A stretch of 64,000 bases of DNA from a virus: IMG/VR virus record IMGVR_UViG_3300019458_000024, positions 82,209 through 146,208 of that record; one strand, 5' to 3'. The translations under genes and the position numbers were made by a program. A model generated the notes under the pieces. It did no database searches, was not told the origin of the DNA, and worked only from the letters and a program-made list of their open reading frames with translations. Positions 17,600 through 26,943 of the stretch are shown here, piece after piece. Positions within the stretch are counted from its first letter, which is position 1. Every line of letters begins with the position of its first letter.

Positions 17600-17613
17600 G
17601 TGTAGAATGACCT
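17600..17613 (+). promoter_or_regulatory. conserved motif, copy 7
   Basis: Exact match; 6 nt before ATG 17620. Confidence 0.85.
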
Positions 17614-17619
17614 TATACT

Positions 17620-19485
17620 ATGGCGGGTAAAAATAGAAAAATCCAAATCTTTGAATCGTCCATCGAGCGTGTGGCTCGTATTTTGTCAAAGAAATGGAAG
17701 ATTCGTGTTGTATTTCAAACAGATAGGTGTGAAACCTCTGGTTCTACCATTTATCTTCCAGTACTTCCAGATAACGCTAGTACAGATCTTACCAACGCCA
17801 TGCAGGGCTATTTGGACCATGAGGCTGCACATGTCGTATACACAGACTTTAAAGCGCTCAACAGGGTCAAAAAGTTGCCTAAAACTATGACGGTGCTCAA
17901 CGCCCTAGAAGATCCCAGAATTGAGAAGAAGTGGTGTGATCTCTATCCGGGTGCACGGATTAATCTAAAAAGAGCCCAAGAATGGGCTCTAAATAAAGTG
18001 GCCGAAGAAAAGGAAATGGTTGATCCTGAGGATGGGGTAAAGAAGAAGATGCGGTCCTGGAACGGGCTTACTGATCTTGGTAAGTTTCTCCACGCATCCA
18101 TTACATATGCCTGCAATGCTTTTGATGATAGCCATTGGTTTCTGAAAGATATTGTTGAAGCTGACATTATGAATGATGTCAAAAAGTACTCTTCTTATTT
18201 TCAAAAAGCCCTTGCAGTTGACAGTACTACCGAGCTTGTTCCTATCGCTAAAGAATTGCTAGAAAAACTAGGACAAGATGATCCGGAACAGCCAGACCCA
18301 GAAGAGTCTGAAGAGGAGTCCGAAGAAGATGGTACCGGCACATCTGGAAGTCCGGCATCTAGCGGTGGAAGCTCTCCACAATCTCAAGTAATGAACAAAC
18401 AACCAAAAAATCAAAAGCAGACAGGACCTAGTCAAGCTCAGGCTGTTCCAGGCATGTTTGCTGACAAAAATGCTAACAAGAGTAGGTACGACGTATCTGA
18501 AGAAGGCATTAAAAATGACCAAGATTTGACAAATCTTGCTGATCAGATTAAAGAAGCAGCCAAGCACGAACTAGTAAAAGAAGATTGCTATCTTGTATAT
18601 ACCACTGAAGGTGATTCAATTGAGCGCATCAAAGACGGAGATAGGATGCGTTATAAAGAATTCATGTTGGAATCTATTAGATTAGTAGCTCCAATGAAAC
18701 GAAAAATGTCACGTAGTATGCTGGCTACCAAGCAATCTAATTGGGAGGGGGACAAGACCAGAGGTAAAATTAACCCGCGTAGGGTATACCAAGTGCCTAT
18801 GGGAACGTCAAAAAGAGTGTTTCGCCAACGAGTAGAGTCTGAAGACTATGATACATGTGTGTTGATGATGGTTGACCACTCAGGATCAATGGCAGGCCCT
18901 TCGCTGGATTTGGCCGCTAAAACTTCTATTATTTTCGGAGAATTACTGAACCAAATTGGGGTACCTTTCTCTGTGTTGGGGTTCTCTACAGGTAGTGAAT
19001 CCGTAGCCAGTGATCGTATTTCTAAAGCTTCAGATGAAGAGCGCACTTTGTATAGACGTTGGGGCAATCTATGGATTGGCGAATATAAAAACTTTGAAGA
19101 ATCTTGGTCTAGTGCTGGTCCTAAGATCATTAATATGGTTAGAAATAGTAAAATCAATACTTACGATGGTGAGAGTCTTAGGTATGGTGCACAGGTTCTT
19201 TTGGCCCGTCCTGAGAAGCGCAAAATTCTATTTTGGCTAAATGATGGTTATCCGCAACCAAACTATGGTGATGATTATTCCGCACACACTAAGTATGCAA
19301 AAGACTGCGCTTTGGAAGTAGAAAAAGCTGTTGAGTTGTTTGCAATTGGTATCCGTACAGATGCAGTAAAACGTTTTTATAAAAATTGTGTGCAAGTCAA
19401 TTCAGTTGAAGATCTTCCAAAAACGTGTTTGAGTGAACTTGACGCTCTGATTCGTAAAGGTAAAACTTATCATAGTAAGGGGTAA
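17620..19485 (+). CDS. CobT-like metallopeptidase-motif + vWA protein (MoxR AAA+ partner)
   Basis: GYLDHEAAH, NALEDPRIE, acidic linker, GKINPRR, MIDAS motif MVDHSGSM, LNDGYP. Confidence 0.88.
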   Translation: MAGKNRKIQIFESSIERVARILSKKWKIRVVFQTDRCETSGSTIYLPVLPDNASTDLTNAMQGYLDHEAAHVVYTDFKALNRVKKLPKTMTVLNALEDPRIEKKWCDLYPGARINLKRAQEWALNKVAEEKEMVDPEDGVKKKMRSWNGLTDLGKFLHASITYACNAFDDSHWFLKDIVEADIMNDVKKYSSYFQKALAVDSTTELVPIAKELLEKLGQDDPEQPDPEESEEESEEDGTGTSGSPASSGGSSPQSQVMNKQPKNQKQTGPSQAQAVPGMFADKNANKSRYDVSEEGIKNDQDLTNLADQIKEAAKHELVKEDCYLVYTTEGDSIERIKDGDRMRYKEFMLESIRLVAPMKRKMSRSMLATKQSNWEGDKTRGKINPRRVYQVPMGTSKRVFRQRVESEDYDTCVLMMVDHSGSMAGPSLDLAAKTSIIFGELLNQIGVPFSVLGFSTGSESVASDRISKASDEERTLYRRWGNLWIGEYKNFEESWSSAGPKIINMVRNSKINTYDGESLRYGAQVLLARPEKRKILFWLNDGYPQPNYGDDYSAHTKYAKDCALEVEKAVELFAIGIRTDAVKRFYKNCVQVNSVEDLPKTCLSELDALIRKGKTYHSKG

Positions 19486-19488
19486 ATA

Positions 19489-20988
19489 ATGATTGAATTC
19501 AAGCACAATATTGATGTCCATCCCATTCAGAAAATGGGTGGAGACCACATGGTTGTAGCAGCCGCTAGGGTGTCTACACAAGGACAGGAGGCAGAAGACT
19601 TAGTCAATATGCCGGCTGATGAGCAATTTGGGTTGATCAATTATCTGATGAAGTTTCGCCACGGCACCCCTTTTGAACACAGTGCAATGACATTTTTCGT
19701 TAACGCACCAATTTTCGTTTGGCGAGAGTGGCATCGTCACAGGATTGGTTTTTGTATTGACGGCGAGACCAAGATTTGGACGCAAAGCTACGCAGCAAAC
19801 TCAGGTTTAACTGTCAGAAAACAAAGCATCAAAGAGTTGTATAACAACTGGCATAACGGTGTTATAGATTCCATAGGTAGAGTTAGATATTTGGCATCTG
19901 TTAAAGCTCAAAAGTTACGGTGCCTGAATGAAGAAACAAAATTGTTCGAAGCAGCCTCGGCATTAGATATATTGTCCACTGGACAGAAGGAAGGTTTTTT
20001 ACTAGAAACTGATCACGCTAAACACAACAATCTTATTGCGTCAAAAGATCATAGAATTCTAACTGTTGACGGTTGGGCAACTATTAGTGATTTGCGTGGC
20101 GGCGAATTAATTTATGTGAATGGAAAAAGAAGTGCCCATGTTGGTGAACCAAAAATGCCTCCAGCGCTTCGTGCAGGCATAGGTGTTTGGACCTCTATGA
20201 TGCGGCGAGATTTGATCAAAAAAGTTGACCGTTGTTATATTTGTAACGATCAATTTAACGCGGAAGAGTTGGTTTTAGATCACGTAATTCCTGTAGTAAG
20301 TGATTTGACCAAAGCCTTGGATGTTAGAAATTTACAACCATGCTGTGTCAATTGCCACCAACGAAAATCGGATAGCGAGCAGAAATTTGCTACTCGTGAC
20401 ATTAGAGCAGGTGCCGTACTGTCACGAGTAGCACGAAAGCCCATTGCAGTTGGACCTCGTGATATGTATGACGTAGTTATGCCAGATCCGTGGCATAACT
20501 TTGTTGCAAACGGAATAGTAGTGCACAATTCGTATAATGAGGAGAGCGCAAGATATACACAGTTGAAGCCGGTGTTTTATATTCCACATCGTGAACGAGA
20601 AATGATGAAAGTAGACGGTTGGAAACCTGGTCGTCCAAAATTTGTCCGGTGTGAAGACAAATCTGTATATACCCAATTGTATTTCAATCTCGCGCATTCC
20701 TATACGGCTTCTTACGAAGCATATCAACGCAACCTTGCCCTTGGTATAGACCCAGGTTTGGCTCGCGATTGTTTACCTGTTGGTATTTATTCTAGTTGTT
20801 GGGTCACTTGCAATCCGCGTTCTCTGATGTCTTTCCTGTCTTTAAGAATTCATAACGAAGATGCGAAGTATGTTTCATACCCACTGTATGAGATTGAAAT
20901 GGCTGCTAAAACTTGTGAGAAAATGTTCGAACAAGGTTGGCCACTTACTTATAAAGCATTTATTGAGAATGGTAGAGTCGGCCCGTGA
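19489..20988 (+). CDS. thyX: flavin-dependent thymidylate synthase ThyX, intein-containing
   Basis: AARVS, HGTPFEH, REWHRHRIGF|SYNEESARY, AR..LP, FLSLR. Confidence 0.95.
   Translation: MIEFKHNIDVHPIQKMGGDHMVVAAARVSTQGQEAEDLVNMPADEQFGLINYLMKFRHGTPFEHSAMTFFVNAPIFVWREWHRHRIGFCIDGETKIWTQSYAANSGLTVRKQSIKELYNNWHNGVIDSIGRVRYLASVKAQKLRCLNEETKLFEAASALDILSTGQKEGFLLETDHAKHNNLIASKDHRILTVDGWATISDLRGGELIYVNGKRSAHVGEPKMPPALRAGIGVWTSMMRRDLIKKVDRCYICNDQFNAEELVLDHVIPVVSDLTKALDVRNLQPCCVNCHQRKSDSEQKFATRDIRAGAVLSRVARKPIAVGPRDMYDVVMPDPWHNFVANGIVVHNSYNEESARYTQLKPVFYIPHREREMMKVDGWKPGRPKFVRCEDKSVYTQLYFNLAHSYTASYEAYQRNLALGIDPGLARDCLPVGIYSSCWVTCNPRSLMSFLSLRIHNEDAKYVSYPLYEIEMAAKTCEKMFEQGWPLTYKAFIENGRVGP
19753..20529 (+). 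mobile_element. intein (259 aa) with HNH endonuclease in ThyX
   Basis: Starts CIDGET, block B SKDH, internal CYIC...LDHVIP...NLQPCCVNCH, ends IVVHN followed by Ser. Confidence 0.93.
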
Positions 20989-21659
20989 GTGTATTACAAA
21001 AACTACCACCACCTGATGATCATGACCTTGGTCCGCTTCGCTACTTTCCTGAAGTGCAAGAAATGGTTGACTTGCATAAGGAGGCACAAGGCTGTCAAGC
21101 GTGCCCTCTTAGCCAGACCAGAAAGAACGTTGTGTGGGGCAAGGGACGAGTTGTCAGACCTTTGGTTTGTTTTGTTGGTGAGGCGCCTGGAGCTGATGAG
21201 GATGAACAGGCCCTGCCATTTGTAGGTGCGTCAGGTCGTAAACTTGATCAGTGGATTGAGTGGATGGGTCTAGGATCCAAGTCTGAGGGTACAGCCTACG
21301 ACCAAGTATATATCATGAACACTGTGATGTGCCGTCCGCCCAAGAATCGGAATCCATACCCGGACGAAATAGCTTGTTGCAGTCACTACTTCTGGTCCCA
21401 GTTGAAAATTATCAAGCCGTCACACATCGTTGTTCTTGGAAAGATTGCGACTTTGACAGTGCTAGATCTTGGTTGGGATGGAGAAACTATTCGAGATCTT
21501 AGAGGAAAGTGGCATCATCATCCTATTGCACCTGTCCGAGTCACATACCATCCGGCCTATATCAAACGCAACCCGCCTGCTGAAAATTTGGTGTTGGAGG
21601 ATCTAAAAGCCGTTAGAGAATCAATAGATAGATACACACAGTCATGTAATAATAAGTAA
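20985..21659 (+). CDS. uracil-DNA glycosylase family 4
   Basis: CQACPL, VGEAPGADED...PFVGASG, NTVMCRPPKNRNP, TYHPAY. Confidence 0.93.
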   Translation: MSVLQKLPPPDDHDLGPLRYFPEVQEMVDLHKEAQGCQACPLSQTRKNVVWGKGRVVRPLVCFVGEAPGADEDEQALPFVGASGRKLDQWIEWMGLGSKSEGTAYDQVYIMNTVMCRPPKNRNPYPDEIACCSHYFWSQLKIIKPSHIVVLGKIATLTVLDLGWDGETIRDLRGKWHHHPIAPVRVTYHPAYIKRNPPAENLVLEDLKAVRESIDRYTQSCNNK

Positions 21660-21838
21660 TGAGGCTTATCATGGGAGCACGAGTTGAAATTCAACTTGCT
21701 GACGGCAACTGGTACCCTGGTGTGATCAAACATGCTGCACATACCTACTCAGCTCCGTTGTGGTTTATAAAATTGGATGATGGAAGGGAAGCTATTTGTT
21801 GTAGTGAAAAGTGTGTGCGAAAAATTAGTGTAGAATGA
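21659..21838 (+). CDS. 59-aa Tudor/SH3-like small protein (not in ORF track)
   Basis: MRLIMGARVEIQLADGNWYPGVIK...FIKLDDG; stop lies inside motif copy 8. Confidence 0.55.
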   Translation: MRLIMGARVEIQLADGNWYPGVIKHAAHTYSAPLWFIKLDDGREAICCSEKCVRKISVE

Positions 21839-21841
21839 CCT
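21828..21841 (+). promoter_or_regulatory. conserved motif, copy 8
   Basis: Exact match; followed by AAGGAG SD and ATG 21863. Confidence 0.85.
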
Positions 21842-21862
21842 TATAGTAAGGAGCAACTTTTT

Positions 21863-22558
21863 ATGACTATGAAAATGATGAGTGATTTTGTAATTGAACC
21901 CTGTGTTTTGGTCCGTGACCGCATTACCTTGGATAGGGGAGTTTCGTATTATCGTAGAGATGTCCAAGTTGTAGGTAATGAGGACGGCTCTGAAGATGCC
22001 ACGTGGCATACTGAACGGCACTATAAGGACCGTACAGAGTCTAAGGATGCCGAGCGTATCTATGCCAAAGTTCGCCAAAATATCCGTCAAGTTTGTCTTT
22101 CGACGGATATTGGTTTTATCTGCCCAATTGCTAAGAAAGATGATTTGGAGAAAGTAATTCAATCATCTCGCGAACTTGTAGACGAATTTAATCTTAACGC
22201 TAAGTATTGTAAGGTTAATTTTTTGGTAGTTTGCACTAATATCGATCCCAATAATCAAGACGGGGTTACGCTGCTTAGGAACACTCTAGAAAAGAGTGTT
22301 GATACTATTAGAACTTCATTGGCAAATTTTGATGTTACGGCAGCCAGATCTGCTGTTAATGCTACTAAAAAAATGATTGATGTTATGGCTGACCCTGGCG
22401 CAAAGGACGTGCTTGCGCATACCAGAGATGAGGTCAGTACTTTGTGCAAAGAAGTAGCTAAATTGGTAAAACAGTTTGATGGCAACATTCAAAATGCTAT
22501 TGTCTCTACAAATGGTCAAGAACTTCTGAAGCGCGCCAATGCCATCTGGAACTTTTAG
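21863..22558 (+). CDS. helical hypothetical protein ending KRANAIWNF
   Basis: 231-aa ORF with SD. Confidence 0.8.
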   Translation: MTMKMMSDFVIEPCVLVRDRITLDRGVSYYRRDVQVVGNEDGSEDATWHTERHYKDRTESKDAERIYAKVRQNIRQVCLSTDIGFICPIAKKDDLEKVIQSSRELVDEFNLNAKYCKVNFLVVCTNIDPNNQDGVTLLRNTLEKSVDTIRTSLANFDVTAARSAVNATKKMIDVMADPGAKDVLAHTRDEVSTLCKEVAKLVKQFDGNIQNAIVSTNGQELLKRANAIWNF

Positions 22559-22946
22559 ATGTACGACTGCGTTGTATTTTACCGACGCCGAAGTTACTAA
22601 TTCTAGTAGTATTCACTATTTTATTGGTGTTATACGTGAGCACGGTATAGAAGACTACTACACAGCAAAGTGCTGTAGAGGTAGAATGGATGAACTTCCA
22701 AGGACTGTAGTAGATGATAGTAGTTTCAGGCGGCGTATCTTTCAAAAAGAAAATGATGCGCTCGCCTATGTTGGAAAAATGTGTGGTATTTTGATCGAAA
22801 GAGGGTGCGTACAGAAAGACCTACATTGTGTAGGCACTATTAGTGTTCCTCCTTGGTGGCCTTCGGTGAATCCCATTAGTATGGAAGCCGCTATAAAAAA
22901 AGAAAAAACTATCATTAAACGTAAAAATGCTATTTGGAATTTTTAA
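22539..22946 (+). CDS. hypothetical protein (weak WGR-like) ending KRKNAIWNF
   Basis: ORF track; start uncertain. Confidence 0.65.
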   Translation: MPSGTFRCTTALYFTDAEVTNSSSIHYFIGVIREHGIEDYYTAKCCRGRMDELPRTVVDDSSFRRRIFQKENDALAYVGKMCGILIERGCVQKDLHCVGTISVPPWWPSVNPISMEAAIKKEKTIIKRKNAIWNF

Positions 22947-24001
22947 TGTCATCACGACTAGATAGAGCCATTGAAGACTTGGATTTGCAAGATTGGCTGT
23001 CTGATTATTCAGACGTGAAGATGTCTGGCAATGAGTTGCGAATTAAAGAATGTCCTATCTGTGGTAATGAAAAATACAAACTATACGTAAATGTAAGCAA
23101 ACCGGCATGGAATTGCAAAGTGTGTGATTGGGGGCGCGGTTTGGGTGATGTAGTTGTGCTTATGTCAGGAATCTCCGGCAGAAGTCCTACAGATATCCGA
23201 TTGGAATTAATGTCTTTTGTACCTCCTGCCCCGTCTGGAGACATAACGAGTATGTTATTGACTGCTTTTGATGGAACAGAAGATGAAGAGATACAAGGCA
23301 TAGATTTTGAAGAAATAGAAGTTCCTGGAGAACCGAAATTCGATGGATTGACTACGCGCAAGGTATTGGAATATGCTTATGAACGCGGGTTGACGGAGGA
23401 TGATGTAAAAAGGCTATGTTTGAGAGCTAGTGGAGGTTTGCAAACCTCAAAAGGAAGGGAAATTAGAGGGCCTTTCCTTGTGTTTCCCATTACTCTTGGA
23501 GATAAGTTTGTATCGTGGCAAGGGCGACGTTTGATCAATCAAGAACCAAAATATGTATCGTATGCCAATATTAAAAATTGGCTGTATCCTCTTAATCAAG
23601 AGTTTTTCAAACACTACAAAGGCACGGTGTACTTAGTTGAAGGTGTATTTGACGCGTTAGGAATGTTGAGGCTTGGAATTCCTGCGCTGTGCACGTTTGG
23701 AACTAGTATTTCCGCAAAGCAAATGAACCTACTTATTGAGTTAAGACCTAAAACTGTTTGTTTTGCATGGGATTTAGGTGCTGGCAAAGAAGTGATTAAA
23801 ACTGTTAATAGGGTATCATTTCAATTCCCTGAAACTTACGTGGCTATGGCCGACGCGGCACTACAGGACAGAAAACTTGATGCAGGTGAAGCTCTTAGGA
23901 ACAAGGATGCTGAGGAGTGGGTTAAGTTCAATACTGATCTTAGCAATGCCATTAATGTAAAAAGTCCGGAGTTTTTTAAATGGCAAATGATGAAAATATA
24001 A
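22946..24001 (+). CDS. DNA primase (Zn finger + TOPRIM)
   Basis: CPICG...WNCKVC zinc finger, WQGR, PKY, LVEGVFDAL, FGT. Confidence 0.85.
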   Translation: MSSRLDRAIEDLDLQDWLSDYSDVKMSGNELRIKECPICGNEKYKLYVNVSKPAWNCKVCDWGRGLGDVVVLMSGISGRSPTDIRLELMSFVPPAPSGDITSMLLTAFDGTEDEEIQGIDFEEIEVPGEPKFDGLTTRKVLEYAYERGLTEDDVKRLCLRASGGLQTSKGREIRGPFLVFPITLGDKFVSWQGRRLINQEPKYVSYANIKNWLYPLNQEFFKHYKGTVYLVEGVFDALGMLRLGIPALCTFGTSISAKQMNLLIELRPKTVCFAWDLGAGKEVIKTVNRVSFQFPETYVAMADAALQDRKLDAGEALRNKDAEEWVKFNTDLSNAINVKSPEFFKWQMMKI

Positions 24002-24660
24002 ATAAAACTTGTCCTAAACACGGACCGCAGGAGGTAGTTGGTATTATGAGAGATCCAAAATCTGGGATCTCTCATATTAATTTTCAATGTGGGTGCATTG
24101 TAGAGGCGGTTGAAAAAATTCTCAATGTTGGTGACGCTGTTATGTGGAGCGGTGAGTTATATAGGCTTGATGATATAGACGGTACAATTGGTATCATATT
24201 AAATATTTATGGAGAAAAGCGTGTAGTTCTGAATTACTTGAAATATATTGGCAAAGATACCTTAACTAGTGCCAAGAAGATTGAAGTCATCAATACAGAA
24301 GTAAAGCGCAAAACTTCCCACAGACATTCTCAGTCGTGGGATCCTGATGAAGGATATAGTTATGAGAATGCGTCATGGCACGCACCCCCTCGCACTAAAA
24401 GTAGGCACGAAACGACAAGAGCAATTAAAAAGGACAGTATATCAACCTCTTCTTTGATTGAAAACGAGGTCAAGGAATTGAAAAAGGAAGAGGGCAGTCA
24501 TACTCAATACAATGAATTTACTGGAGAAGCTGAGCACTCTGGAAACAGAGAGGAGAATAAAAATTCTCGCCCACTAAAAACTAAAGCTCCTACACAGAAG
24601 AGTAAGTCAAAGGAAGATGCCCCTACCCATGTGGTGACAAAGCGCAAGGGAGTATGGTAA
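23980..24660 (+). CDS. hypothetical protein (CPKHG...CGC)
   Basis: ORF track. Confidence 0.7.
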   Translation: MANDENINKTCPKHGPQEVVGIMRDPKSGISHINFQCGCIVEAVEKILNVGDAVMWSGELYRLDDIDGTIGIILNIYGEKRVVLNYLKYIGKDTLTSAKKIEVINTEVKRKTSHRHSQSWDPDEGYSYENASWHAPPRTKSRHETTRAIKKDSISTSSLIENEVKELKKEEGSHTQYNEFTGEAEHSGNREENKNSRPLKTKAPTQKSKSKEDAPTHVVTKRKGVW

Positions 24661-25178
24661 TGAGTGACCTTCTCAACGAAAGACCAAAACGTAAAATTTT
24701 AGGAAATCCTATTAGTAACAGCAGCGATGTAGTATATTTCGTGTCTACTTCCTTGTTCATGAAACGAGGAAAAAAGATGGAAGTAACAAATGAAATATCT
24801 ACTGACACTATTTCTGCATTATCGACTCTTTATCCTAATAGTATTTTTCTAATCATGGCGCTGCCCGCTAATAAAGAGTTGGCAGAGCGTATCTACAGCA
24901 GCAAAGGATCCTTGGATATTAGGATTTTTAATGTAGATGAAACTAATATTAGGGACACCAATCTTAGGTTAAAGAAAGCACTAGAAGGGTTGGGTTTACA
25001 ACTGTTTCATATTAAAAATCCTAGAACTGTGTCGTACCTAAACATACACAAATTTGTAGTAGATTCTAAACTAGTTCGTATAGAGCCTGATGATTATGCA
25101 AGTTTAAAAATTAGTCCGGAAAAAGAGGCTACGTTTGAAGACCTTGCACGTGTTAGGCGTAAAAAAGCCTGGATATGA
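24654..25178 (+). CDS. hypothetical protein
   Basis: ORF track. Confidence 0.7.
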   Translation: MVMSDLLNERPKRKILGNPISNSSDVVYFVSTSLFMKRGKKMEVTNEISTDTISALSTLYPNSIFLIMALPANKELAERIYSSKGSLDIRIFNVDETNIRDTNLRLKKALEGLGLQLFHIKNPRTVSYLNIHKFVVDSKLVRIEPDDYASLKISPEKEATFEDLARVRRKKAWI

Positions 25179-25183
25179 AAACA

Positions 25184-25197
25184 GTGTAGAATGACCT
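25184..25197 (+). promoter_or_regulatory. conserved motif, copy 9
   Basis: Exact match; 7 nt before ATG 25205. Confidence 0.85.
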
Positions 25198-25204
25198 AAT
25201 AAGT

Positions 25205-26284
25205 ATGGAAACTCAACTCGAAATGAAGAATGGTAACGGAATGTCTAAAAAGCCAGAACGCAAAGCGGCACATGTAGTTCAACCAGTTGAACGCCTTACT
25301 AAGAAGTTTGGTATCAGTGCAACTTTCGGAATTGATTTAGGCCCAGAATTAGATGACAACGACAATCCAATTCTGGACGCCTTTGGCAAGCCTGTTATGA
25401 AGGAACGGGAAGTCACAGGCTTCGTGGAGCCGGGACCAGAGACCCCTCAAATTGACCCCCACTACGTCTTCCCAGATGAAGATACCAAGATGATTCTTTT
25501 GGGTCTTGAACTTAGGGACCGAATTTTGCTGACGGGAATGACCGGTACTGGTAAAACTTCTATTCTAGAACAGATTGCAGCACGGCTTAATTACAACGTA
25601 ATTAAAATCAATTTTGACGGTGCTATTACCAGACAAGACCTTATTGGAGAGTGGGTAGTTAAGCCTGGTACGCAGGGTTCCGGATCTATTATGGAATTTC
25701 AATACGGAATTTTGCCACACGCATTTCAAATGCCTGGAACTATTATTATTTTGGACGAGTGGGATACTATCAGTGGGGAGTGTTCTTTTGTTCTTCAGCG
25801 CCCATTGCAAAAGGACGATGGTAAGTTGTTGATTCTTGAGAATGGAGGGGAACTTATTCCTCTACACCCACAAAATACTATCATCGCTACGGCAAATACC
25901 TGTGGTATGGGTGACGACACTGGACTACATACACAAGGAACTAAAGTTCAGAACTATGCTCAACTAAATCGTTTTAGCATGACTGTCAAAATGCAGTATC
26001 TGAAAGCTGAAGATGAAGTTAAAATGATTCAGAAAAGGTTTCCAGACCTTAAGTCTATGGAATGCGAGGTTTTTGTAAAAGCTATCAATTTGATTCGCGA
26101 AGCGTACGTTAGCGGCCAAATTTCCGCTCCTCTATCATCTCGTGATTTAATTAATTGGGTTGAAAAGTTTGTACTACTGGGCGACCCTATGCGAGCTGCA
26201 ACTTATTGTTTTCTTAATAGAATGCCGGCAGAGGATGCAGAAACCGCCTATTCAACCCTTCAACGAAATTTTAAGGATTCATAG
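25205..26284 (+). CDS. CobS/CbbQ-like MoxR AAA+ ATPase
   Basis: Walker A GMTGTGKT, DLIG, Walker B IILDEWD, ATANT, NYAQLNRF, SSRDL. Confidence 0.92.
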   Translation: METQLEMKNGNGMSKKPERKAAHVVQPVERLTKKFGISATFGIDLGPELDDNDNPILDAFGKPVMKEREVTGFVEPGPETPQIDPHYVFPDEDTKMILLGLELRDRILLTGMTGTGKTSILEQIAARLNYNVIKINFDGAITRQDLIGEWVVKPGTQGSGSIMEFQYGILPHAFQMPGTIIILDEWDTISGECSFVLQRPLQKDDGKLLILENGGELIPLHPQNTIIATANTCGMGDDTGLHTQGTKVQNYAQLNRFSMTVKMQYLKAEDEVKMIQKRFPDLKSMECEVFVKAINLIREAYVSGQISAPLSSRDLINWVEKFVLLGDPMRAATYCFLNRMPAEDAETAYSTLQRNFKDS

Positions 26285-26629
26285 ATGTACGAATACAAAG
26301 CAAGATATATCAAAGTAGTAGACGGAGATACGCTGGATCTTGATGTAGACTTGGGTTTCCATACGAAGACATCCCTACGTTTCAGAATCCTTGGAATCAA
26401 TACCCCAGAAAAGAATTCAAACGATCCAGAAGAAAAGAGGAAAGCCCTCGTGGCAACACAATACGTTCAGGACCTTCTGGCTAAAAATCCTCCGTTAACT
26501 ATTAGAACTGAAAAATCAGACAGCTTTGGACGCTGGTTAGCGGAAGTTTGGATAACTAACGATGATAAAAAGATAAATTTAGGAGAAGAATTGTTGGCGA
26601 AAGGACTAGCAGTTCCTTATAAGAAATGA
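26285..26629 (+). CDS. thermonuclease (SNase-like)
   Basis: VVDGDT, RILGINTPE, DSFGRWLAEV, GLA. Confidence 0.9.
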   Translation: MYEYKARYIKVVDGDTLDLDVDLGFHTKTSLRFRILGINTPEKNSNDPEEKRKALVATQYVQDLLAKNPPLTIRTEKSDSFGRWLAEVWITNDDKKINLGEELLAKGLAVPYKK

Positions 26630-26919
26630 AAACTTTCACTGTATGGCTGTGTAAAGAATCCAATAACAAGGCACCAGAGTATGTATTTGTTGATAAAGAC
26701 TATACATTCGCTGGAGAACTTGACGCGTCAAGCCCCAAAGAAGTTGTGAAATATATTGCATATACAAACCCTAAAGACTCAGAATTATTGGATCATAAGA
26801 CACTAAGAACAGGAGATGTGCTGGAGGATGAAGTTGGCAACGGCTTCATTCTTACGCCTTTTGGGGTGTGGGCTACTGTAAAAATATTACGTACAGGTCA
26901 CGATATCGTTGACGAGTAA
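26626..26919 (+). CDS. hypothetical protein
   Basis: ATGA overlap. Confidence 0.7.
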   Translation: MKTFTVWLCKESNNKAPEYVFVDKDYTFAGELDASSPKEVVKYIAYTNPKDSELLDHKTLRTGDVLEDEVGNGFILTPFGVWATVKILRTGHDIVDE

Positions 26920-26937
26920 AGGGTTATACGTCAATAT
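26909..26937 (+). promoter_or_regulatory. sigma70-like promoter overlapped by palindrome TTGACG-N14-CGTCAA
   Basis: TTGACG 26909-14, 17-nt spacer, CAATAT 26932-37; inverted repeat seen directly. Confidence 0.5.
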
Positions 26938-26943
26938 GTAAGG

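Noticed and set aside
2387-25197. 13-bp repeat as a CRISPR array or REP element
   Set aside because: Copies are 0.7-4.3 kb apart, non-palindromic, and tied to gene starts.
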